Assembly (NCBI RefSeq): GCF_006345805.1
Contig: NC_043005.1
Location: forward strand, 46,376,001-46,440,000
Reading direction: 5' to 3'
Length of the DNA stretch: 64,000 bases
Origin: Octopus sinensis
Taxonomy: Eukaryota
This document shows, one piece after another, positions 48,975 through 61,553 of the stretch (positions within the stretch are counted from its first letter, which is position 1; each line of letters starts with the position of its first letter). The position numbers were made by a program, and so were the translations under genes. The notes below the pieces were generated by a model. It saw nothing but the letters and a program-made list of their open reading frames with translations, searched no databases and was not told the origin of the DNA.

Positions 48975-49200
48975 TGTGTGTTTATCCCTTAGCACTATTA
49001 ACACCGGTGGTTGATGTGTTTACGTTCCCTTAACTTAGAGGTTCGGCAAAAAAAACCGATAGAATAAGCACCAGTTTTTAAAACAGCAATAAGTACTGGG
49101 GTCGATTCGTTCAACTAAAAATAAAATAAAAAAACTCTTCAAGGCGGTGCTCCAGCATGACCAAAGTCTAATGACTGAAAAAAGTAAAAAAGAATAAAGT
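48975..49200 (+). mobile_element. SINE family B, 3' half
   Basis: GTTCGGCAAAA...CCGATAGAATAAG...AAGGCGGTGCTCCAGCATGACC...ATGACTGAAA. Confidence 0.8.
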
Positions 49201-49291
49201 TAACAGTTGTAAAATTTGAGTTATGTTTACCAATTCCTGGAGCGTGAAGCCTTAGACAATTGGAATCAAATACCAAATTATTAACTTGGAC

Positions 49292-49866
49292 AGGCGCAGG
49301 AGTGGCTCTGTGGTACGTAGCTTGCTTACCAACCACATGGTTCCGGGTTCAGTCCCACTGCGTGGCACCTTGGGCAAGTGTCTTCTACTATATCCTCGGG
49401 CTGACCAAAGCCTTGTGAGTGGATTTGGTATAGGCTTTAGGCGCAGGAGTGGCTATAGGCGCAGGAGTGGCTGTGTGGTAAGTAACTTGCTTACGAACCA
49501 CATGGTTCCGGGTTTAATCCCACTGCGTGGTACCTTGGGCAAATGTCTTGTACTATAGCCTCGGGCCGACCAAAGCCTTGTGAGTGGATTTGGTAGACGG
49601 AAATTGAAAGAAGCCCGTTGTATATATGTATATGCATATATATGTGTGTGTGTTTGTGTGTCTGTGTTTGTCCCCCACCCCAACATCGCTTGACAACCGA
49701 TGCTGGTGTGTTTACGTCTCCGTAACTTAGCCGTTCGGCAAAAGAGACCTATAGAATAAGTACTAGGATTACAAAGAATAAGTCCTGGGGTCGATTTGCT
49801 CGACTAAAGGTGGTGCTGTAGCATAGCCGCAGTCAAATGAGTGAAACAAGTAAAAGAGTAAAAGAG
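49292..49866 (+). mobile_element. SINE family B with stuttered 5' heads
   Basis: Head 49292-49430, then TAGGCTT, then TAGGCGCAGGAGTGGCTA, then a full copy from 49457. Confidence 0.92.
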
Positions 49867-50189
49867 AGAGAGTTGGATAGTTTCTCTGACTAAATGTCCT
49901 TCAGTCAGAATGTAGACTTAACCTGGAGCTCAATTACTTGCTTTATGCTTGAACGCATACCGAGAGCAACACAAACATTATCCAACACACTTGCTATCAG
50001 TTCTCGAATTGCGTCGACGCTCTATTCAGATGCCTACATTTTTAATGAACTGCGTTGGTTAGATATCCGTCCCTTATAGCGGGTAATATACAAAATGTAG
50101 GCTTACTTCGACTTACATCTGTACTTGGTTCCAAAACATGAGGATTACCTCGGAACACGACGTAACATTTTAAAACATTTATTTCCAAA

Positions 50190-50563
50190 CACATGGTTCC
50201 AGGTTCATTTCCATTGCGTGGCACCTTGGCCAAGTACATATTCTATCGATCTCTTTTGGTCGAACGGAAAATTTACGGGGACGGGAACATATCAACACAA
50301 GTTGTCAAGCAGTCGTGGGGGACAAACACGGACACAAAACACACAAACACACACACACACACACACCACACACACACACACACACCCACACACATACACA
50401 CGTATGTATATTATATATACGACGGGATCCTCACAATCTCCGTCTACTAAATCCACTCACAAGGCTTTGGTCAATAGTAGAAGAAAGTTGCCCAAGGTGC
50501 CACGCAGTGGGACTGAACTCGGACCCATGTGATTGAGAAGCTAGCTTCTTACCACACAAGGCA
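50190..50563 (-). mobile_element. SINE family B minus copy joined to a short plus-strand head fragment (50190-50236)
   Basis: CACATGGTTCC...GCACCTTGGCCAAGT joined through AGT to the minus-strand AGTACATATTCTATCG... Confidence 0.7.
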
Positions 50564-51240
50564 ATATATTCGGCCTACTCCCCATATAAGAACTGTTCTT
50601 CTAACTGACTTCCCCACTCTTTCTACCTGCCAAATTCCAGTCACATGACTGTGGCCAAGCCGACTGTGCGACAGATGGCACTGGCTCAGATGACACGCAT
50701 TGAGGTCGAATCTGAAACGATATGTTTGCGCGGCCAGTTTCTTAACCACGCGGCTACAACTACATCCATAAAAACAAATTCGTTTTATTTTCACACCGTT
50801 CATGTTCTAATGAATAATTGAGAAAGGTATGAATGTCTTGTAATCTCTACGCATCCTTCCTTTTATATGTAGGAGCTGTGACTCCAAACTAAGGGAATCG
50901 ATATTTCTTAATAGTTTGTTCTCCAATTGACTTTAATTTATACTGATGTTCTTTAGCTTCCGGTTTATTTATTGGTTTCCTGTTGCTTTTTGTTTCTGCA
51001 TTTGCGCTAGAAGCAAAGTTTTGGATTTGCAAAGAAAAATTCTCTAATTTATATGGTAATATGCTTTGAGGGATTTTCTGTGATATTGTGTTGTCAAGAT
51101 ATGATTTATTTACTTCAATATTAATTATTCTTGATTAAACATCCCGTTCAATATGGAACTGAAATACAGGGAGGTCAGCAGATGAAACATGCTTGAGAGA
51201 ACAATCTGAAGATTAATATAAGCGAGATATGATGCTTCAA

Positions 51241-51411
<171 letters not shown>

Positions 51412-51587
51412 GCTCTCTATCGATTTGTCAGTCTGTCTCAGTCTTTTTCTCCCTATCTATCTTATTAATAATTAGTGGATATATATATACATTTCCGTTT
51501 TGATTGTATTTTTGTGTGTGTATTTATTCATTTCTATAAATATCAGTGTGTGTGTCTTTGTATGTATATACGTACATATGTATGTAT

Positions 51588-51678
<91 letters not shown>

Positions 51679-51680
51679 AC

Positions 51681-51711
<31 letters not shown>

Positions 51712-52644
51712 CATATATATATAGGTATATATACATATATACAAATACACACATACACATATACATATAAATATGCATATATATAGATATACATATATAT
51801 GCATATATATATATACACATATGTATATATATACATATACATATATATATATATATTCATATATATATACGTTTGTATTCATACGTACGTTTATATGTAT
51901 ATATATATGTGTATATATACTTAGAAATGGATTAAAGTCGCATCAAAAAGATTAAGATAAACTTAGGTGTGTGTATAGATATATATTATGTATATATACA
52001 CATATATATATGTGTGTGTGTATGTCTGTATACACACACACAAAGATATATATATTCACACGCATATGTATGCATTTCCTATATGTATATATATCTATAC
52101 ATACACATACCTACGCTCACATACGAACATTTATATAATCAAATAAAGTTCACTTTTTCGCACATCTCGTAAATAATATAAAATAATCAAATAAGTTTAG
52201 TGTGTATATGCGTATGCAAGTTACTCTACAGATGAGTATATATGTATGTATGTATGTTTTTATGCATGTATGTGAGTGTGTGATCTGTCTATCTGTCTCT
52301 TCCTTTTTGCCTCTCTCACTCTCTCTCTCTCTCTCTTTCTCTGTTTCTCTTAGTGTGTATCTATTTTTGGTGTATCACTTTCGTACAGCAGGAATAACAA
52401 CGTCAGTGAGAAGGCGTTTGTAATCTTTGGTTTTTGGTAATTTTGAAAAGTTCTACGACATAACTTTCTCTCTCTTTCCCTCTTCTCAACACAACGATAC
52501 CATTTAGTAATTCCGTTACAAACCTGACTACAAATAACACAATCCAAATTATTACACACACATACATACATACACGAACTCATTACATGCAGCAAAATCA
52601 CACAAAAGTACACACCCACACATCCACACACACACACATACACA

Positions 52645-52695
<51 letters not shown>

Positions 52696-53233
52696 CTCCC
52701 TATTGTTTATTTCTCGCGCGTTGTTTCATTCCCTCGTTACCGTTCTAAGCAAAAACTTGATTCTCTCCACTGCAGTACTTGGTGCCGCCAAGCTCACCTT
52801 CTGAACAGCAACACGACTGTAAATCTTAAAAACAAAATCAACCGACTGACTGTCCAAGTATTCAGAATTTGGCAAGCAATGATAGTTCAACTTAATCTTA
52901 CTTCCCTTCTCTACACCGCAGCCATTCCATCCCATCGCCGCTTCTTTCAGCTTTCTCTCTATTTTTTCCCCTTTCTTTCTTTATTCCCATTTGCTCCATC
53001 ACCAACACCACCGCCATCACTACCACCACCACCACCACCAGCAACAACAACAACAATCAGAGCACCACCATCACACTAATACCATCTCCACTCAAATCTG
53101 TTGTTGCGTTTCTGATTTCCAGTTCTTTTTCTTCGTAACATCCTCTCTACATTTTCTTCCCATTTCAACCCCAACCGCCATTTTCTTTTGTTTTATTTCC
53201 TTACTTTTTTTTTCACTGCATTTTTCTCTTCAG

Positions 53234-53338
53234 ATTTAAGTATCTTAAGAGAATTATGTACACCACCCAATATTTAGCTAAATGGACCGTGTACATGACT
53301 TTGATGGCCGAGGTCGGAGGGCTTGTGTTTGGCCAGCA
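53234..53338 (+). other. Candidate exon with start codon
   Basis: TTTTTCTCTTCAG| acceptor, ATG at 53256, MYTTQYLAKWTVYMTLMAEVGGLVFGQ, CA|GTAAAT donor; a complex-sequence island among microsatellites. Confidence 0.25.
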
Positions 53339-53506
53339 GTAAATTTCGGGGGCGATTTTTGATAAAAACCGAATGACAAATGCATACGCGTACATATACC
53401 TAACGCACACATATATTTACATATGTACATATATACATATATGCATCCATACATATAATTATAAAGACTCATATATATGCATATATACCTACATACATAT
53501 GTATAT

Positions 53507-53564
<58 letters not shown>

Positions 53565-53625
53565 TGAGTTTGTGTATATATGTATATATATGTATATATG
53601 CATATATATATATATATATATATAT

Positions 53626-53659
<34 letters not shown>

Positions 53660-54307
53660 CATATAAATATGTATATCTGCTATAAATATATATATATATG
53701 CATATACATATATATATATGCATATACATACATATATATATATGTATATATACAATATATATGTATATGGATATGGACAACATACATATATGTGTATATA
53801 TAAATATATATATATATATAATATATATGCACACATATAAACATACACAAACGTATACTTACACGCACACACACATAATATATGCTTACATATATACACA
53901 TGCTACACATATACAGGCACATGCACGCATATTTATGTGTATTTGTGTGTGCTTGTGTTTGTGTGCGTGTGTATGTATGTATGTATGTGTTTATAGGCAA
54001 TGAGAAATGTGTGAGACAAGGGACAAAAACAGCAAACACTGACGTTAAATATAGGCATTAACGTGATATATGTATGTATTTATGATCGCTTGCACGTGGA
54101 TGAAAACATACATTTAGACACACACACACACACACACACACACAAAACACTTAGGAATTGGCACACATCGACATGAACTTATTATACAGAGATATATAAG
54201 AACACGAATTTAGAAGAAAACACGTGAGAACTGTTTTGGCAACCAAAATGTTATATCGATCCATGGCTTAAGCCTACGAACATATATATATATTATATAT
54301 ATATATA

Positions 54308-54356
<49 letters not shown>

Positions 54357-54391
54357 TATAATAGATGTAATATATATATATATAGATATAA

Positions 54392-54444
<53 letters not shown>

Positions 54445-54518
54445 ATTATATATATACATATTTATATATATATATAATATGACATATATATATATATGTA
54501 TATATAATATATATGTAA

Positions 54519-54585
<67 letters not shown>

Positions 54586-54655
54586 GTATGTATAAATATA
54601 GTGTGTGTGTGTATGTATTTTTATGTATGATGCCTATGTATGTATATACATTTAC

Positions 54656-54850
54656 ATATTTTTCTTCGGCTTCTCCGGCAAGCCCATGGGATCGCTAAAT
54701 GCAGTGCAATTCTACTAAAATGGGTGATAGCTCCATCTGGTGAGTACAGTTCGTGTTGGTCAGCGAAATTATAAATCACACAGAAACACATCAATGGCAG
54801 TATGACAAATGAGCAAAGATGGATGAAGTGATTAGTAAAAATATCATTGG
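54656..54850 (-). other. Candidate 195-nt symmetric (phase 1-1) exon
   Basis: TTCCACAG|CC...T|GTAAAT; open frame NDIFTNHFIHLCSFVILPLMCFCVIYNFADQHELYSPDGAITHFSRIALHLAIPWACRRSRRKI; no family recognised. Confidence 0.3.
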
Positions 54851-54975
54851 CTGTGGAATTATATACATCCATATATACATATACATATAGATAGATACAT
54901 GTATGAATTTATATATGTATCTGTTTGCGTGCGTACATATAGATGCATATATACATACGTACATACATACAAATA

Positions 54976-55006
<31 letters not shown>

Positions 55007-55159
55007 CAGACGGGAGCTGTTCATCTTACTGTAAAACACTGATGCTGTTTTTCACTCATTTTGCCTTGTAATTGTTTCATGTCTTGACTTGACTCACTGT
55101 TCGCTGGGTTCTCTATTCCCCACAGTGAATGTAAAACTTTCTTCTCTTCTCACAAGACG

Positions 55160-55199
<40 letters not shown>

Positions 55200-55659
55200 A
55201 TCTTTATTTCCTTCCTCACAGGCTCCCATCTCTCACTCTTTCTCTCTATCTCTATGTTTCACTATCATCTGCTTCTTAAAACTTCCCTTAAAACACGAAC
55301 GCTCTCTCTCTCTCTCTCTTTCTTTTTCTCACTATGTCTTTATCTCAATCTCTATTTCTCTTATATGTACATATATATATTTTTTTTGCGCTATCTCCGA
55401 CCTTATTCGACCTTATCGACCTCCTCTCCTCCGAACACTGACCCCCTGAATCGTAGTAGACATCATTTACTCATTACCGTTGGTGAGCTGCCGACTTCTT
55501 TCTGTCATGGAATCCATGCTGAAGTCATTTTTAAACTGAGCTGGTTTTGTTTACAGGTCAGGGAGGGAGGAGAAACGGAAGTAGTGAGGAAACAGTGCTG
55601 GACTTAGGAGAAAGATAAGAAGAAAGAGAAAGGGATAGATAGCATGACTGGCACCACTA

Positions 55660-56119
55660 CGGTGATGGCCACCACCACCAAAACCACCACCACCACCACC
55701 ACCACCACCACTACCACCACCACAATCACCATCATCATCACCACTACTACTGTCAACGCCCCCACAACCACCACGACGGCTATGACTACGCATCCCCACC
55801 CAACACCCGCCGTTACCGCTACCACTATGACGGCTTTGACCACGCACCACAACGCACCACCACCACACCACCACCACCACCACCACCACCACCACCATCA
55901 TCACCACTACTACTGTCAATGCCCCCACAACTACTACGATGGCTATGACCACGCACCACCATCACCAACACCACTACGACAGACGGTTATGACCACGCAC
56001 TACCGTCACCATCACCACAACCACCACCACAATCATCATCATCACCACCACTACCACTGTCAACGTCCCCACAAATACTACGGCGGCTAAAACCACTCAC
56101 CATCAACACCACCACCACT

Positions 56120-56150
<31 letters not shown>

Positions 56151-56520
56151 CTATTCTACTGTTAACGCAACCACAACCATTTCCACCACTCTCAGTGCTC
56201 CTGCCACCACCGCAACCCGCCTCATTGCCTCCAGCATCGTTATCGTTACCATCACCCTCACTTTCACCGCCGTCCCTGCCTCCACCACCACCACCATCAC
56301 CACCACCACCAACAACAACGACAACTCTCTCCACCACCACCATTGTCACATCTCTCACTACCGCTAACGTTTACATCTCTGCATTTCAAAACCAACCACT
56401 ACCACCAATACCACAGCCACCACTATACCATCATAGACACCAGTGATACAATCACCACCGCAACTATCGCCGCCGCCGCCACCACCACCATCACCACCAT
56501 CACCACCATCACCACCAGCC
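55660..56520. repeat. Degenerate (CAC)n field with higher-order units
   Basis: CCACTACTACTGTCAACGCCCCCACAAC recurs near 55741, 55905 and 56045, and degenerately near 56150. Confidence 0.85.
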
Positions 56521-57325
56521 GCCACCACTTCCCTCTGCCATTAACCCACACTCCATCCCTCTGCAGGAAGGGAGTCCAACCAAGGTGCGGCTGTCTTGAA
56601 GAACCGTGATCTATAGCTAAGAAATACCTATATTTTCTCTGACCGACCTTAATCACGGTCGTTAGTACGACTTGCTGGTAGACTCAAGTCTTGTTTGTCA
56701 CTGCTGACCGCTCTGATATTTAACAGGAGAGAGGGAAGGTGGGGGAGAGAGAAGGAGAGAAAGGAGATGGAGATAGAAAGTGATAAGGGGGAAGAAAGTG
56801 ATAAGGAAGAGTTTGTAAAAAAAAAAAAGAGAGAGAAAAGCCACATAAAAAAAGTCAAACAAAATTACTCTAAAAACACGAAAACAAACGAGGGAATGGA
56901 TTCGAAAGGCAGAGAGAAAGATACCGAGGAGCGAGGAAAGAGAAGTGTTTGGATTCTATGATTGAAAAATTGTTATGGCACAGACAGTAAGTTTGGAAAA
57001 TGAAAGAAGAAAGTTAGAGATCATGGCAAAAAGATCTATTAGGCAGCAGAAGCGTAACAAAGAATAATGTGAGATAGTAGTTTGGTATTTGCTGTTCGGT
57101 GTTCGGTGTTCGACATCAATTAAGGTGCGGCAGGCTATGGGCTTGGCAGACAATAAAATATATTAAGAGTGATTTTACTCTACTTCCTGGATAAAAGGTA
57201 ATAAAAAAAGAGAAAGGCGAAGTATGATTTATTGACAAATTCTACGACTTTAGCCATCACAATTAATATCATCACCGTGGCCACTAATGTCTTTGGTTTT
57301 CATTTCTCGAGTCTACAAAGTAGTC

Positions 57326-57481
57326 TTTTACTGTTTCGTACTGCGGCTGGAGCACTTCCTTGGGGAATTTTAATCGATCAAATCGACCCCCAGTCCTTTT
57401 TTTAAATTTTAAGGAAGTTTACGAGAACGTAAAAGCACCGGTTGTCAAGCAATGGTGGGGTGGAGAAGCACAAGTACAAGG

Positions 57482-57519
<38 letters not shown>

Positions 57520-57628
57520 CGGGCTTCTTTCAGTTTCCGTCTACAAAATTTACTCTCAAGGCTTTGGGCGGCCTGAAGCTGAAGCAGACGACACTTGCCC
57601 AAGATGCCATACTGCGAGACTGAACCCG
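57326..57628 (-). mobile_element. SINE family B, diverged
   Basis: GACGGGCTTCTTTCAGTTTCCGTCTAC...GACACTTGCCCAAG. Confidence 0.8.
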
Positions 57629-57724
57629 TTAAAAGGCAATGGTGATCTCGTTCGCTTATACGCCATGGAAACCAGGTAACCGGCCTTATAGGGCCAAGGA
57701 CTCAATACATCACTTACTTTGCAT

Positions 57725-58438
57725 TTCGACCTTTTGGGGTCGACAAAATAAGTAGCAGTCAAGCACTGGAGTTGTTGTAATCAACTCTCTCTGAAACTGT
57801 TGGCCTTGCCGAAGCCGACTTTACCTTTCATCCTTTCAGAAGTCGATAAAATAAGTGCCAGCTGAGCATTGGGGTGGTCAATGTAATCGACTTACCCACT
57901 CCATTGAAATTGCTAGCCTTGTGCCAAAATTTGAAACCGTTATTATTATCATTACAGCGGCGAGCTGACAGAATCGTTAGCACGTCCGACAAAATGCTTA
58001 ACAGCATTTCGTGTGATTTCAGGTTCCGAGTTCACGTTCCTCTGAGGTCGACTTTGCCTTTTCTCTTTTGGGATCGATAAAATAAGTATCAGTTGAGTAC
58101 TGGGGTCAATACAATCGACTTAGACCCCTCGCTGAAATTGCTGGCCTTATGCCAAAATTTGAAATCAATATTAAGGCACGCTGGGCAAGTACTGGGGTCG
58201 ACATGATCGACTTTCCCCCTACCGTAAAATTTCAGGCAGAATTGTTAGCACGTCCGACAAAATGTTTAGCGGCATTTCGTCTGTCTTTATGTTCTGAGTT
58301 CAAATTCCGCTGAGGTCGACTTTGTTTTTTACCTTTCCGGGATCGAAAAATAATATCAGTTGAACACTTGTGTAGATGTAATTGTCTTGCCCCTCCCACC
58401 AAATTTTCAGGCCGTGTGCCCATAGTAGAAAGGAATAT
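57725..58438 (+). mobile_element. Co-oriented array of SINE family A copies and fragments
   Basis: At least five repeats of the GTCGA(T/C)AAAATAAGT / ACTGGGGTC module; heads near 57957 and 58226. Confidence 0.8.
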
Positions 58439-58556
58439 GTTGATCAACTGCTAAAATAGAAAGTACATTCCATGTCAAAGTTGTGAGATCGAACCCGAAA
58501 CTTTCGTAAACTTAGTAACAGAACTAAACGGTGTGCAATTACACTAATATCCTTTG

Positions 58557-58874
58557 TCTTTTACTGGTTTCAATCATTGAACTACGACCCCACTAGGGCA
58601 TTGCCTTGAATAGTTTAGTTCATTTTGTAAGGCCTGGTACTTATTTTTATCAGTTCTCTTTTGCTGAACCGCTAAGTTACGGCGACGTAAAGGAACCAAC
58701 ACCAGTTGTCAAGCGGTTGTGGGAGACAGAAAAACGAACATACACAGTCACACACGCAAACACACACACACACACACATACACTATACTAGAAGATACCC
58801 AAAGTGCTACAGAGTGGGACTGAACCCGGAACCATATGGTTGGGAAGCTTCTTACCACACAACCACGACTGCTA
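58557..58874 (-). mobile_element. SINE family B, diverged and deleted
   Basis: GAACCGCTAAGTTACGGCGACGTAAA...AGTGGGACTGAACCCGGAACCAT. Confidence 0.78.
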
Positions 58875-59313
58875 AAATATTTTGTGTATTGTAGAAGTAC
58901 AACCGATTTATTGCACGTAATTTTGAACAACTAAATCTTACACGGACCCTCAAGGGTCATGTGGACCCCGGTTGACAACCACTAATCTAAACCTGGTATA
59001 CAATCAACACGGAATTGCACTCTCTGATTTCGGTGAATGCTAGTTGTAAGAAAGCAGCAACGGAAACTACTACATGTTCTGCTATGCAACAACGGTACTA
59101 TATGTCATGCTTTCGAACTATCAACTTTCATTGACGTCAAAGTAATCAATCAAAATATGTTACAATAGGAAATGTAAACGGTAGCTATTTCTGTATAACG
59201 ACAAGAACGACTGTTAGCACCATCAGCACAGCTCTCAATAACAATAAGTAACCAGTGGAGTGGATAACGAAGTCAGAGTTCCTTGGTGATGTAAATAAAA
59301 ATATTCTGTAAGA

Positions 59314-59762
59314 TTAAGGCAGTTAACTGGTAGAGTCATTGGCATCCCAATACGCTTAGCGGCATTTTGTCCGTCTTTATGTTCTGAGTTTAAATTCCGT
59401 CGAGGTCGACTTTACCATTTATCCCTTTCAGGGAGGATAAAAGAAGTACTAGTTGAGCTCTGGGGTGAGTCTAATGGACTTACTTCCTCCTCTAAAATTG
59501 TTGACCTTCTGCCAAAAATCTGAAACCAATATTTCATTTTATTAAGGCGGTGAACTTGCAGAAGCGTTAGCGCGCCGGGCAAAATGCTTAGCGGCATTTC
59601 GTCTATCTTTACGTTCTTAGTTCAAATTCTGTCGAGGTCGACTTTGCCTTTCATCACTTTTGGGCTCGATAAAATATGTATCAGTTGAGCACTGGGATCG
59701 ATGTAATCGACTTATACAATCCGCCGAATTTGCTGGTCTTGTAACAAATTTTGAAACCAAAA
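59314..59762 (+). mobile_element. Two tandem SINE family A copies (59314-59531, 59543-59762)
   Basis: Each starts TAAGGC(A/G)G and ends TGAAACCAA. Confidence 0.85.
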
Positions 59763-59859
59763 TTACAGTATGATTAACTATCACAAAATTATCAACAACC
59801 ATCATGAATGCCGAAGGCAGTTTTCATTTATATTCATATTTTCTTTTTATCTTCTCTAT

Positions 59860-60189
59860 TCTACTTCTTTCACTGTCTGGACTGCGGCCATGCTGGGACA
59901 ACCCCTTGAAGAGTATAGTCGAACAAATCGGCTCCAGAACTTTTTAAAAGTCTGGATGTTTATTGTATTGATTTCTTTAGCTGAACTACTATGTTATGAG
60001 GATGTAAGCAAACTGACAAACACACACACACACACACACACACCGTCTACCAAATTCACTCAAAAGGTTTTGGTCGGCCCGAAACTATAACAGGAAAAAA
60101 TTTGCTCAAGGTGTTATGCGCTGGGACTGAACCTAAAGCCATGTGTTTGCGAAGCAAATTTCTTCCCAACAGAGTCATACTTGTGCCTA
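59860..60189 (-). mobile_element. SINE family B, old copy
   Basis: GACTGCGGCCATGCTGG...CCGTCTACCAAATTCACTC...GGGACTGAACC. Confidence 0.72.
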
Positions 60190-60194
60190 TGTGC

Positions 60195-60232
<38 letters not shown>

Positions 60233-60237
60233 CTCTC

Positions 60238-60297
<60 letters not shown>

Positions 60298-60449
60298 GCA
60301 CACATGTTTAGCTGCCACCTATAATGAAGTGTTTTCTGAAATTCCTTATTTTTCTTTTCCAAAATAGTGACGAAATCTCTAGTAAATACAATGACAGACG
60401 TCTACCTTTAATGGGTGCTGCAAGTAACACGCTGAACAATGTAGTCGTA

Positions 60450-60970
60450 TATAGGCTACGGTGAATAAATTGTCTAAATTATGCAAAAATGAAAATAACA
60501 CTGGCATCTCATTTTAACATATATATTTGCCAAAATTATATTAAAATATCTTGAAATACTAAAGAGTAAGCTTATCCAATAAAATCACCATTGGCTTTAA
60601 CCACAGCCTCCAGACGACTTCGGAATCTCCTGCAACTCTTCTGGACGGTCTCCTTGTTTAAATTGGTGAATGCTGCCATAATCCTTGCCTTCAGTTCATC
60701 TTTGGTGTTGCAAAGAGTTTTGTTGGTCTCTCACTCAAGTATGCCCCACACAATACTCAAGCGGGGTTGCAGTCTAGGGAGATAAGTAACCAGATGTTTG
60801 GGGCGATGTGGTCGCAGAAATTGTCTGACAGCCATGACTGGGTTCTCCTGCTTGTGTGGCACGGTGCAGAGTCCTATTGCCAGACATAGGGTGTTCCAGT
60901 AGCCACCCTCTTGACCCAGGGTACCACTACCTCCTACAGGCACTTGATGTAGGACTCCGTGTTGAGTCTA
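60450..60970 (-). mobile_element. maT/DD37D-type Tc1-mariner transposase C-terminal remnant
   Basis: Minus strand reads YIKCL*EVVVPWVKRV...YVWQ*DSAPCHTSRRTQSWLSDNF...DCNP...ELKARIMAAFTNLNKETVQKSCRRFRSRLEAVVKANGDFIG*. Confidence 0.8.
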
Positions 60971-60973
60971 AGG

Positions 60974-61218
60974 CCGCTAAGTTACGGGGACGTAAATATA
61001 CCAGCATTGGTTGCCAAGTGACGGGGAACAAACACACACACACACACACAAATATATATATATATGTACGACGAGCAAATTCCGTCTAACAAATTCACTC
61101 ACAAGGCTTTGGTCGGCCCGTGGCTATAGTAGAAGACAATTGCCCAAGGTGTCACGCAGTGGGACTGAACCCGGAACCATGTGGTTGGTAAGCAAGCTAC
61201 TTACCACACAGCCACTTC
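60974..61218 (-). mobile_element. SINE family B, 3'-truncated
   Basis: CCGCTAAGTTACGGGGACGTAAA...GTGGGACTGAACCCGGAACCATGTGGTTGGTAAGCAAGCTACTTACCACACAGCCAC. Confidence 0.88.
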
Positions 61219-61237
61219 TAACTAGAAAAGTAACTGT

Positions 61238-61553
61238 CACCCCATCCGTCACGACGACAAGTATTCTAGTTGATCAGATTAACAGAGACTGCTCGTGAAA
61301 TTAAGGTTCAAATAGCTAAGCACTCCCGAGACATGCGTACCCTTGATGTTGTTCTCATGTAGATTTAGTATAACACCGAATGTAACCAAACTGGCGCTTT
61401 GAATTACAAGTACAATTCATTTTTTCCAGCTGTGTGGAGGACTGGAGCAGCGTGAAATAAAGTATGTTGCTTGAGGACACAACGAGCCGCTGGGAATCGA
61501 ACTCACAACCTTACGAGCTTGAGCTGAAAGTCTTAACCACAAAGCTACACGCT
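61238..61553 (-). mobile_element. tRNA-headed SINE family C, full length, diverged
   Basis: Minus strand reads GCGTGTAGCTTTGTGGTTAAG...GTGAGTTCGATTCCCAGCGG...TTGTGTCCTCAAGCAAC...TTTATTTCACGCTGCTCCAGTCC...CGTCGTGACGGATGG. Confidence 0.8.

Noticed and set aside
57725-58438. Regularly recurring GTCGA...ACTGGGGTC motifs resembling a CRISPR array
   Set aside because: Eukaryotic SINE fragments with variable repeats and no unique equal-length spacers or cas genes.
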